From NCBI GenBank assembly GCA_002085355.1, contig NATN01000037.1, forward strand, positions 1 through 46,353: a stretch of DNA of 46,353 nucleotides, in the 5' to 3' direction. The number at the start of each line of letters is the position of its first letter. Position 1 is the first letter of the stretch. The notes beneath the pieces were generated by a model that saw nothing but the letters and a program-made list of their open reading frames with translations, did not search any database and was not told the origin of the DNA. Shown in pieces: positions 9,477 through 17,467 of the stretch. The translations under genes were made by a program, and so were the position numbers. The DNA is from Candidatus Zhuqueibacterota bacterium 4484_87 (lineage in GTDB: Bacteria > Zhuqueibacterota > Zhuqueibacteria > Thermofontimicrobiales > Thermofontimicrobiaceae).

Positions 9477-9749
9477 ATGCGCAAAACAATTAGGACGTTA
9501 CTAATTGTCACGTCTATCTTTGCCCTGCTGCTATCTGTTTTTCTAACCGGCTGTACTCGTCATCCCAATGAGAAACAGTGTCAGGCATACGAGGAGCAGG
9601 TAAAGGCGACTGATGCTGCTGAACAGGCTTTGCAAGACAAGAAACAGGAAAAAGCTACGGTTGAACAGCAGCTTAATGATGCAAAGCAGAAGCTCGAGGA
9701 AGTGAAGAGCGAAAAATCCACAATTCAATCAAAATTAGGCGGAATGTAA
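9477..9749 (+). CDS. Small coiled-coil lipoprotein (Lpp-like architecture)
   Basis: Signal peptide plus lipobox LTGC, then a heptad-rich helical region (EEQVKATDAAEQALQDKKQEKATVEQQLNDAKQKLEEVKSEKSTIQSKL). AGGAGG lies about 9 nt upstream of the ATG at 9477. Confidence 0.7.
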   Translation: MRKTIRTLLIVTSIFALLLSVFLTGCTRHPNEKQCQAYEEQVKATDAAEQALQDKKQEKATVEQQLNDAKQKLEEVKSEKSTIQSKLGGM

Positions 9750-9792
9750 TTTGCAAAATCACTCATTAACTCATAGAACCTGGAGGACAAAA

Positions 9793-10638
9793 ATGAGAAG
9801 TATCATAAAAATTGCATCCGTTTTCGCTCTGATTCTTACCTTGACTCTGTCGGTCGCTGCTTTTGCGCAATCCTGCCGCGAATGGACGATGGATGAGTAC
9901 AACGCCAAAATGGCAGATTTGCAAAAGCGCGAAGCAGATGCGAAAGCGGAAATGGCTACACTGGACAAAGAAATTGCCACTCTCAAAGATGAAATTGCCA
10001 CTGCAGAAAAAGCTACGGCGGATGAATGGCAGGCTATTTACACATTACTGGGCACAGACGAAGCCGGCGTAAATCAATTCGGTTCTGATCTGGGTGCTTT
10101 GGAAGCCAAAGTCGATGAGCTTTCCGGCTTGACTCCGGAAGAACTTTTCCAGAGAAGAAAAGAAATTGATCAGTTAGAAGAGCAATTGAATGGCTATAAA
10201 GGCAACAATATCGCTCTTTTGAGCAGCATGCAGGATAAAATTGCCGTGATCGAAGGCAAGATTTCTCAGCTTCGTGCCAGCTTGCCCAAAGCGGTTTACG
10301 ATGAATACACTGTTGTCAAAGGCGATTATCTGTGGAAGATTGCCGGTAAAGAAGACATTTACAGTGATCCTTATCAGTGGATTCGTATTTATACCTACAA
10401 TCGTGATCAAATTAAAGATCCTGATATGATTTATCCGGAACAGATTTTCAAGATTCAGCGCGGCGTGGGCGCCAACGAATATCTGGTTGTCAAAGGCGAT
10501 TTTCTGTACAAGATCGCTGGCAAAGCCGAGATTTTCAACGATCCCACCAAATGGACGAAAATCTACGAAGCAAATAGTACTGTGATTAAAGATAAAAATG
10601 AAATTTATCCGCATCAAGTGCTGATTATTCCTGAATAG
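9793..10638 (+). CDS. Secreted coiled-coil protein with two C-terminal LysM peptidoglycan-binding domains
   Basis: The ATG at 9793 follows GGAGG. The signal peptide ends AAFA-QSC. The coiled coil includes MATLDKEIATLKDEIATAEKA. The two LysM repeats are YTVVKGDYLWKIAGKEDIYSDPYQWIRIYTYNRDQIKDPDMIYPEQIFKI and YLVVKGDFLYKIAGKAEIFNDPTKWTKIYEANSTVIKDKNEIYPHQVLIIP. Confidence 0.85.
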   Translation: MRSIIKIASVFALILTLTLSVAAFAQSCREWTMDEYNAKMADLQKREADAKAEMATLDKEIATLKDEIATAEKATADEWQAIYTLLGTDEAGVNQFGSDLGALEAKVDELSGLTPEELFQRRKEIDQLEEQLNGYKGNNIALLSSMQDKIAVIEGKISQLRASLPKAVYDEYTVVKGDYLWKIAGKEDIYSDPYQWIRIYTYNRDQIKDPDMIYPEQIFKIQRGVGANEYLVVKGDFLYKIAGKAEIFNDPTKWTKIYEANSTVIKDKNEIYPHQVLIIPE

Positions 10639-10694
10639 TAGTATATTTGCGCAGGGTAAATACCTGTCACTTTAAGCTACATGATTGCGAACAG

Positions 10695-10737
10695 AGCTCC
10701 TGGTTAATAATTTTTTAATTTGCCAGGAGCTTTTTTA
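10695..10737 (+). terminator. Rho-independent terminator
   Basis: AGCTCCTGG ... CCAGGAGCT is a perfect 9-bp stem followed by T6. Confidence 0.7.
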
Positions 10738-10909
10738 TTTGGAATATAGTGAGAACTTTATTATATTTGAGGTGTTTGTCAAAAAAATGTGAGCGAATGA
10801 CCAGTTTAAAGCTGAAGCCCATAGAATTTTTGTGATTCAGTTATCAGCTTTCATTCGTCAGGTGCCTTTTATATTTCGTGGTGAATTGAAAAAAGCCGTT
10901 AGGAGCTAA

Positions 10910-11956
10910 TTGCAAGGAGTTAAAATTTTTTCAATGGGAGAAGGTCAAGTTAAAAAGAAAATTTCTCTGAGCGGAATCGATCAATTGAAATTGTACGGAT
11001 TGAACGATAAAAATTTGAAAGAAATCGAACGCCATTTTGATCAGGCACAAGTCATTGCCCGTGGCGGTGATTTGACGTTGATTGGTGAGAAAACTGAAGT
11101 TGAATTATTGGAAAAAATTGTTGGTGAATTAATTACAATTTTGGAACGTACAGATAATGTGACTGATGATGACGTGCAAACAGTCATTCAAGTTTTGAAG
11201 TCGGGAAGAAATAAAAAATCCGGCAATGGTAATCTGGACGAAGCTATTGTTTTCACAAAGGACGGTAGTATCAAGCCGCGGACATCTGGCCAGAAAATTT
11301 ATTATGAATCTACCACAAAAAATGATATTGTCTTTGTGATTGGGCCGGCAGGAACCGGAAAAACCTATCTTGCAGTGGCTATTGCTCTGTCGCATTTGCG
11401 GGATAAAAAAGTTGAAAAAATAGTTCTGGCGCGCCCGGCAGTGGAAGCCGGCGAAAGCCTGGGATATCTGCCCGGTGATTTGCGGGAAAAAGTCGAACCC
11501 TATTTGAAGCCGCTTTACGACGCGCTTTTTGACATGGTGATTCCCGCAAAACTGAAAAAATTTACAGAAAACGGAACCATTGAGATTGTGCCGCTGGCGT
11601 ATATGCGCGGCCGCACATTGAATAATGCGTTTGTCATTTTAGATGAAGCTCAAAATACGAATCCCAATCAGATGAAGATGTTTTTGACGAGATTGGGAAT
11701 GAACTCCAAAGCAATTATCACTGGTGATATTACCCAAATTGATTTACCGAATAAGCAGGAGTCCGGGCTGGTGCAAATTCAGGGGATTTTGCAAGGAATT
11801 GAAGGGATCGATTTTATTTACCTAACCGAGCGTGATGTTGTTCGGCATCGGTTGGTGAGGGAGATTATCAAGGCTTATGCGGAACATGCAAATAATAATT
11901 CAGCGCAATCATCGGATGAAGATGACGAGCAACTCGATGGCAGCATAAATGAGTGA
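10910..11956 (+). CDS. phoH: PhoH-family ATPase (YbeZ-like)
   Basis: Walker A is GPAGTGKTYLAVA and Walker B is VILDEAQN. It heads the conserved phoH/HD/ybeY/corC gene order. The TTG start lies behind AGGAG. Confidence 0.9.
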   Translation: MQGVKIFSMGEGQVKKKISLSGIDQLKLYGLNDKNLKEIERHFDQAQVIARGGDLTLIGEKTEVELLEKIVGELITILERTDNVTDDDVQTVIQVLKSGRNKKSGNGNLDEAIVFTKDGSIKPRTSGQKIYYESTTKNDIVFVIGPAGTGKTYLAVAIALSHLRDKKVEKIVLARPAVEAGESLGYLPGDLREKVEPYLKPLYDALFDMVIPAKLKKFTENGTIEIVPLAYMRGRTLNNAFVILDEAQNTNPNQMKMFLTRLGMNSKAIITGDITQIDLPNKQESGLVQIQGILQGIEGIDFIYLTERDVVRHRLVREIIKAYAEHANNNSAQSSDEDDEQLDGSINE

Positions 11957-11983
11957 GCGAGTTAATTTGATCGGAGATTTATA

Positions 11984-12364
11984 GTGCAATTTTCATTGAA
12001 ATTTTTGACCAATCTATGGTATAAATTTTTTCCTAGTCGAACAAAGAACGGCAACAATGGACATGCGAAAAAAATAGATCGTCATGTATGGCTTATTTTA
12101 ATTGGCCTTGGATTAACTATTTTAATTTCGTTCATGTTGCCTCGAGGGCGTTCTTTTAAATATTCTGATCTCAAAGAGGGTGAAGTTTATGTCGGCGATG
12201 AAATTATTGCCCCGTTCACCTTTCCCATAAATAAGTCAGAAGATGAGTACAAACGCGACGTTCGTCGTGCCGTGAGTGAAGTACTTCCCGTTTTTGACCG
12301 TAATGACAGCATTCGTGCTGTGGAGTTACGGATCGCTATTATTGGCCGATTACAGAATCAATAG
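11984..12364 (+). CDS. N-terminal fragment (1 of 2) of a 7TM-receptor HD phosphohydrolase (PgpH/YqfF type); reading frame interrupted
   Basis: It has an N-terminal TM (VWLILIGLGLTILISFML) and an extracellular-domain start (GDEIIAPFTFPINKSEDEYKRDVRRAVSEVLPVFDRNDSI). The frame ends at 12364, and the gene continues in another frame (see 12276..14195). Confidence 0.7.
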   Translation: MQFSLKFLTNLWYKFFPSRTKNGNNGHAKKIDRHVWLILIGLGLTILISFMLPRGRSFKYSDLKEGEVYVGDEIIAPFTFPINKSEDEYKRDVRRAVSEVLPVFDRNDSIRAVELRIAIIGRLQNQ

Positions 12365-14195
12365 TTCTGAAGAAATTTTGTCCCTTCTGCGGCAGGAGAT
12401 GAAAGACGGGACATTGGTAAAATTGAAAGAAGGCGCCATCAAGATCGCGCGTGATATTACTTCTGTCGGTATCCTGGATCAGCCGAGAGAGAAGATTAAA
12501 GCAGTGGACGGGAAAATCTCCGTTGTCACAGATATTGAAGAGGTTATTTCATCTGTATCAGATTTTTACGATCCGTCACAAATCGGAGATGTGCTGTTAA
12601 ACAAGCTTCGGACAGAGTTTGGCGAAGAAGATCTGAAGGTGAAAGCCGGGTATGAAATTTTACGAGTATTTCTGAAGCCAACGATCATTTTTAATCCTGA
12701 TGAAACCAAAAAAATAATTGAGCAGGCAAGAAAAAATGTCCCGCTTGCAAAAGGCACTGTGTTAGCCAATGAAAGAATTATCGACCGCTATGAGCGCGTG
12801 ACAAAGGATCACATTGAAAAGTTGAATTCGCTTGCTATTGAGCTGGCAGAAAGAGAGACTAATAAAAGAGGTTTGCTGAGCATCTTTCATTTCTTCAGTC
12901 GCTTTTTGCTCATCATGCTTATTTTGAGTATCTTTGTGATGTACTTGTATTTCACTCAACGCGATGTGATGAATGATTTGAATAAAATGATTTTGATCGC
13001 GTTGATTTTTCTGATAGTGAGTTTTTTAAGTTTTTACGTGAATCAATTTAATTTGTCGCCCTATCTTATGCCCGTTGCTTTGGGGGCGATGCTGTTGGCG
13101 ATTTTTTTGGGTACGAAAATAGGAATAATCGGTACGATCACTCTGTCGCTGCTGGCGGGAAGCCTGCGCGGCAATGAGTTTAATATCGCCCTGATTTCCA
13201 TGTTTGTTGGGGTTGTCGCGGCGCTGTCTGTGAGCCGTATCCGAAAACGCAACTGGCTCATTAACTCCATGGCGATGGTGATCGGTGCGTATCTGCTTTC
13301 TATTACTATCGTAGAAGTATTGCACTATACACCCTGGAGGAAGATATTTCACTACTGGATGTTCGGCGCCATCAATGGCTTTTTGTCTCCCCTGTTTGCG
13401 TATGGATTACAGGTGCTGTTTGAGAATATTTTTGACCTGGTAACGGATATGAAGTTGCTGGAACTGTCCGATCTGAACAGTCCTTTGCTGAGAAAAATGT
13501 CCATTCAGGCGCCAGGAACTTACCATCATAGTCTCATGGTTGGAAATTTGGCAGAAGCAGCCGCTGAGTCAATTGGGGCAAATTCGTTGCTGGCTCGAGT
13601 CGGTTCTTACTATCACGACATTGGAAAAATTGAGAAGCCGGAATATTTCATTGAAAATCAAATGAAAAATCGGAACCCACATGAGAAACTTTCTCCATCG
13701 ATGAGTTGTTTAATTTTGTCTAACCATGTTCGTACCGGATTGGAGTTGGCGAAGGAACATAAATTGCCGCGGGAAATTCGCGATTTTATAGCTGAACATC
13801 ACGGCACAAGCAAAATGGAATATTTTTATCAAAAAGCCCTGGAAATGGGAAACGAAGAAGAAATCGCGGAAACAAATTTTCGATACCCCGGGCCTAAACC
13901 ACACACTAAAGAGACCGGCATTGTTATGCTGGCTGATGCAGTGGAAGCAACGTCGCGCACTTTAAAAGATCCGTCGGTGAGCAGAATTCGCGGGATGGTC
14001 ATTGCCATTGTACAAAAGCGCTTTCAGGAGTCGGAGTTGGACGAAAGTCCTTTGACCTTGCGCGATTTGACAAAAATTACCGAGAGTTTTGAAACTGTTC
14101 TTGTGAGTACTTTTCATAGCAGAGTTGAATACCCGGATCAGGAAGAAAAACTTATTCCGGGCAAAGAAAAAAAAGAGAAGACCGTTGATGGTTGA
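12276..14195 (+). CDS. Main fragment (2 of 2) of the 7TM-receptor HD phosphohydrolase (PgpH/YqfF type, putative cyclic-di-AMP phosphodiesterase family)
   Basis: A seven-TM block is followed by an HD domain (YHHSLMVGNLAEAAA, GSYYHDIGK, AEHHGT, MLADAVEA). The first roughly 25 codons listed in the ORF track are probably not real coding sequence. Confidence 0.85.
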   Translation: MKYFPFLTVMTAFVLWSYGSLLLADYRINSSEEILSLLRQEMKDGTLVKLKEGAIKIARDITSVGILDQPREKIKAVDGKISVVTDIEEVISSVSDFYDPSQIGDVLLNKLRTEFGEEDLKVKAGYEILRVFLKPTIIFNPDETKKIIEQARKNVPLAKGTVLANERIIDRYERVTKDHIEKLNSLAIELAERETNKRGLLSIFHFFSRFLLIMLILSIFVMYLYFTQRDVMNDLNKMILIALIFLIVSFLSFYVNQFNLSPYLMPVALGAMLLAIFLGTKIGIIGTITLSLLAGSLRGNEFNIALISMFVGVVAALSVSRIRKRNWLINSMAMVIGAYLLSITIVEVLHYTPWRKIFHYWMFGAINGFLSPLFAYGLQVLFENIFDLVTDMKLLELSDLNSPLLRKMSIQAPGTYHHSLMVGNLAEAAAESIGANSLLARVGSYYHDIGKIEKPEYFIENQMKNRNPHEKLSPSMSCLILSNHVRTGLELAKEHKLPREIRDFIAEHHGTSKMEYFYQKALEMGNEEEIAETNFRYPGPKPHTKETGIVMLADAVEATSRTLKDPSVSRIRGMVIAIVQKRFQESELDESPLTLRDLTKITESFETVLVSTFHSRVEYPDQEEKLIPGKEKKEKTVDG

Positions 14196-14610
14196 GATCG
14201 TTTTTGATATGACTGAAGCCTCTGCACGATTTTCTGAAAGCGGAGCCCGCTCGGCGGTGGAAAAGATATTATCCGATCATGGTTTTCACGAAGGGTGGAT
14301 TAATATTGTCATTTTCAATGATAAGTTGACGAGATCATTACATGCGGAATATTTCGGGAATTCAGAGACTACAGATGTCATGAGTTTTGAGTTTGATATT
14401 AATCAGAAAAATGGTTATATGGAAGGCGAAGTTTATGCCAATATTGAACAGGTGAGGCGTCAGGCAAAAGATTACGAGACTTCGCCGGAGAATGAATTAG
14501 TGCGTGTAATTTGCCATGGCGTATTGCATCTTGTGGGTTACGACGATGCCACGCCGGAACAGCGGGCTTATATGCGGGAAAAAGAAGATTTTTATTTAAA
14601 ATATTATTGA
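14188..14610 (+). CDS. ybeY: Endoribonuclease YbeY (rRNA maturation factor)
   Basis: Zinc motif HGVLHLVGYDD. The ATG at 14188 overlaps the upstream stop codon (ATGGTTGA). The ORF-track start at 14125 would add a Lys-rich extension inside the upstream gene. Confidence 0.9.
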   Translation: MVEIVFDMTEASARFSESGARSAVEKILSDHGFHEGWINIVIFNDKLTRSLHAEYFGNSETTDVMSFEFDINQKNGYMEGEVYANIEQVRRQAKDYETSPENELVRVICHGVLHLVGYDDATPEQRAYMREKEDFYLKYY

Positions 14611-14629
14611 TAAAGGAGGATGATACTTT

Positions 14630-15928
14630 TTGGAAGTTGACTCGACATTTCGGGTGATTTTATTTTTTGTGCTAATTGGCTTTTCAGCATTTTTTTCAGG
14701 CTCGGAGTCAGCGTATTTTTCGTTGTCGCGGGAGTTGATCGACCGCTTGCGAGAACGCGGCACATCGGGCGCTATGCGTGTCGTGCGTCTGTTGGATCGG
14801 CCGCGACAATTGCTGGTGACTATTCTTTTCGGCAATACAATTGTAAATGTTGCTGCGGCAAGCGTGGCGACGCTGCTGACCGCTGATTTGGGCCATGCTC
14901 TCCATTTGCCTCACAGTGTCGCTATTTTAATTGAAGTCATTGTTGTTACTTTAATTTTGCTCATTTTTAGCGAACTGACACCAAAAGTCATTGCAGTGAA
15001 AAATTCCTATCAATTTGCGGAGAAAGTGTCCATCCCGTTGACTTTTTTTTATTATCTATTTTTGCCCATTACAGTTGTGCTGGATAAATTCCCTGCACTG
15101 GTTTCCGGGTTAATGGCAACGCGCGTCAAGCGTCATTTTTTATCAAAAGATGAGCTGCGGACTCTCATCGAAGTCAGTGAAGAGCATGGTGCTTTGGAAG
15201 AAGAAGAAAAGGAGATGATTCATTCGATTTTTGAATTTTCCAAAACAACCGTTAGGGAAATTATGGTACCCAGAATTGACATGGTCTGCGTGGAACGATG
15301 GGCGCCGCTGGAGGAATTAATTCAAATAATCAAAGAAAAAGGCCACACTCGGATTCCGGTTTACGAGCAGAAGATTGATAATATTGTTGGCATCATTCAT
15401 GCCAAAGAATTGCTTCCGTTCATTAATCATGCTAAGAAAAAAGAGGCAGATCTGGGTAAGTTAGCGCGGCGGGCGCTTTTTGTGCCGGATACCAAGCGGA
15501 TAGACGAACTGCTCAACGAATTGCAGCGTGAAAAGCAGCACATGGCAATTGTCGTGGATGAGTATGGCGGCACTGCCGGACTGATTACGCTGGAGGATGT
15601 GATTGAGGAAATTGTCGGAGAAATTCAAGATGAATATGACCAGGAAAATCCTCTTTTTGTCAAGCTGAGCGAGAATAAGTATCTTGTAAACGCAAAGATT
15701 GATCTTGATGAATTGAACGAAGAGTTGGGCATGAAACTGCCGGTGGACAAAAATTACGAAAGTCTGGGCGGTTTGATTTACGAACAAATTGGCGCGGTGC
15801 CTCACAGAAAACAGATGGTAAAATACGGTTCTTATAAATTTATAGTGGAAAAAGTTCAGAAAAATCGCATCGTTGAAGTTATTGTCATAAAAGAAAATGA
15901 CAATGAAAAGGGTGAAGAGGAAAGCTGA
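14630..15928 (+). CDS. CNNM/CorC/TlyC-family protein (DUF21 membrane domain + CBS pair + CorC_HlyC domain)
   Basis: It has four N-terminal TM segments, a CBS pair (REIMVPRIDMV ... IPVYEQKIDNIVGIIHAKEL ... MAIVVDEYGGTAGLITLEDVIEEIVGEI) and a C-terminal transporter-associated domain. Confidence 0.9.
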   Translation: MEVDSTFRVILFFVLIGFSAFFSGSESAYFSLSRELIDRLRERGTSGAMRVVRLLDRPRQLLVTILFGNTIVNVAAASVATLLTADLGHALHLPHSVAILIEVIVVTLILLIFSELTPKVIAVKNSYQFAEKVSIPLTFFYYLFLPITVVLDKFPALVSGLMATRVKRHFLSKDELRTLIEVSEEHGALEEEEKEMIHSIFEFSKTTVREIMVPRIDMVCVERWAPLEELIQIIKEKGHTRIPVYEQKIDNIVGIIHAKELLPFINHAKKKEADLGKLARRALFVPDTKRIDELLNELQREKQHMAIVVDEYGGTAGLITLEDVIEEIVGEIQDEYDQENPLFVKLSENKYLVNAKIDLDELNEELGMKLPVDKNYESLGGLIYEQIGAVPHRKQMVKYGSYKFIVEKVQKNRIVEVIVIKENDNEKGEEES

Positions 15929-16058
15929 TCGATTTTTTGAGAATGCACGTTTTAAGAAAATGAATGAAATTTGGTCAGTGATAACCAGTTGTAAATATAA
16001 TTGTTAAATCAAAACAAGAACATCGAGAGATACATCGGACTAATTCAAGGAGGTAGTT

Positions 16059-17234
16059 ATGCAGCAGATGCAATTTGACTTCCGCGATATGTTTCGCGCG
16101 CCAAGATTAGCGCTAAGTCTTCAGAGAATCTGGATTCAGTTTGTCGGGCTGATAGTTGCTTTTGCCGGCTACTGGGTTCTCACTTATTTGAGTTTTGCTG
16201 TCGCTGGGATTGGAATTTCAACCGGCTGGCAAAAATATGGGTTACTCCCCTGCCTTATGGGTGAACAGGTAAATTGGATCAGCTACGTCATTTTTGCTGT
16301 TGCAGTGATTTGGTTGCTCGTGGTTTATCTTGTTACCGCTACAGCAGTCTCACGTGCCAGCTACATGCTGCTCAAAGGAAATAATTTCTACACCTGGCGT
16401 GAGGCGTTTTCTTTTTCCGTTAAAAAAGCCATTTCTTTGATTTTGTCGCCGGTATCGCTGGTGATTTTGGTCGCGTTTATTGCTTTTGGTGGAGCAGTTG
16501 TCGGCTGGCTGGGAAAAATTCCCTATATCGGGGAATTTGGAATCACGCTTTTTACACCGATTTGGATGATTTTTTCTTTGCTAATTGTTTTCATGGCAAT
16601 AGTCGTGGTGGTTGCGGCTGTGTTATCCCCGGCAATCCTCGCCACTACGGACGATGATGCCTTTGAAGCTGTTTTTCAATCGTTTTCTCTGGTATGGAGC
16701 CAGCCTTGGCGGTTGATTTTTTATCAGATTATCAACGCGGTTTTAGCGGTGTTTGCTTTTTTTGTGTTGGCGTATTTGATGAAAAAATCATTCATTGTGA
16801 TGGATAGAATTTTCGCCGCGACAACAGGCGCAGATTATCAAAATATTTCTGCACAAGCCATGTATTTGATAAGCGTCTGGGTGGCTTATTCCATTGTCTG
16901 GGTGGAGCAATTATTTGGCCATTTTGCCCCATGGATTTATTTCAGCCGTGAATTTGTCCCGCTAAATCTTCCTGTGCATCAAATCATTGCAGCGCATATT
17001 TTTGCTGTTTGGATGCTTTTGGTCGGCGGTTATGTTTTGTCTTATGGGTTGGCATCTCTGAATGTGGGTAATACTCTTGGCTATCTGATTTTGCGCAAGA
17101 AAAAAGATGACGAAAATCTCCTCGAACGCAAAGACCGCGAAGAGGAGGAAGATGACGAAGAAGAAAATGCTGCAGAAGGGAACAAAGAGGATCATTCTGT
17201 AGCAGAAAACGCTGAAAGCGGAAAAAATAGTTAA
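16059..17234 (+). CDS. Polytopic membrane protein of unknown function with an acidic C-terminal tail
   Basis: AGGAGG RBS. About 8 hydrophobic segments. The tail reads KDREEEEDDEEENAAEGNKEDHSVAENAESG. I recognise no family. Confidence 0.7.
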   Translation: MQQMQFDFRDMFRAPRLALSLQRIWIQFVGLIVAFAGYWVLTYLSFAVAGIGISTGWQKYGLLPCLMGEQVNWISYVIFAVAVIWLLVVYLVTATAVSRASYMLLKGNNFYTWREAFSFSVKKAISLILSPVSLVILVAFIAFGGAVVGWLGKIPYIGEFGITLFTPIWMIFSLLIVFMAIVVVVAAVLSPAILATTDDDAFEAVFQSFSLVWSQPWRLIFYQIINAVLAVFAFFVLAYLMKKSFIVMDRIFAATTGADYQNISAQAMYLISVWVAYSIVWVEQLFGHFAPWIYFSREFVPLNLPVHQIIAAHIFAVWMLLVGGYVLSYGLASLNVGNTLGYLILRKKKDDENLLERKDREEEEDDEEENAAEGNKEDHSVAENAESGKNS

Positions 17235-17284
17235 CAGTTTTTTGAGTCCAATGAATTTTAAAATAAGCGCTTAATTGTGAAATT

Positions 17285-17324
17285 CCTTCAAAGGCTGGCA
17301 TTAATTTCGTGCCGCCTTTGAAGG
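17285..17324 (+). terminator. Strong stem-loop without a U-tract (possible terminator or RNA-stabilising hairpin)
   Basis: CCTTCAAAGGC ... GCCTTTGAAGG is a perfect 11-bp stem with a further 4 bp after a bulge. No T-run follows it. Confidence 0.35.
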
Positions 17325-17467
17325 TGAGTTGTAGCGCCGATGAAATACACCCCCTGTCCATTTTTATCATTCCAAATTAATTTATCAAAGAGAGATTATA
17401 ATTGTATATTGATTTTCCAATTTGAATTGGCGCAACCGAAGGGTACGGACTACGGAGGCATTAGCCG

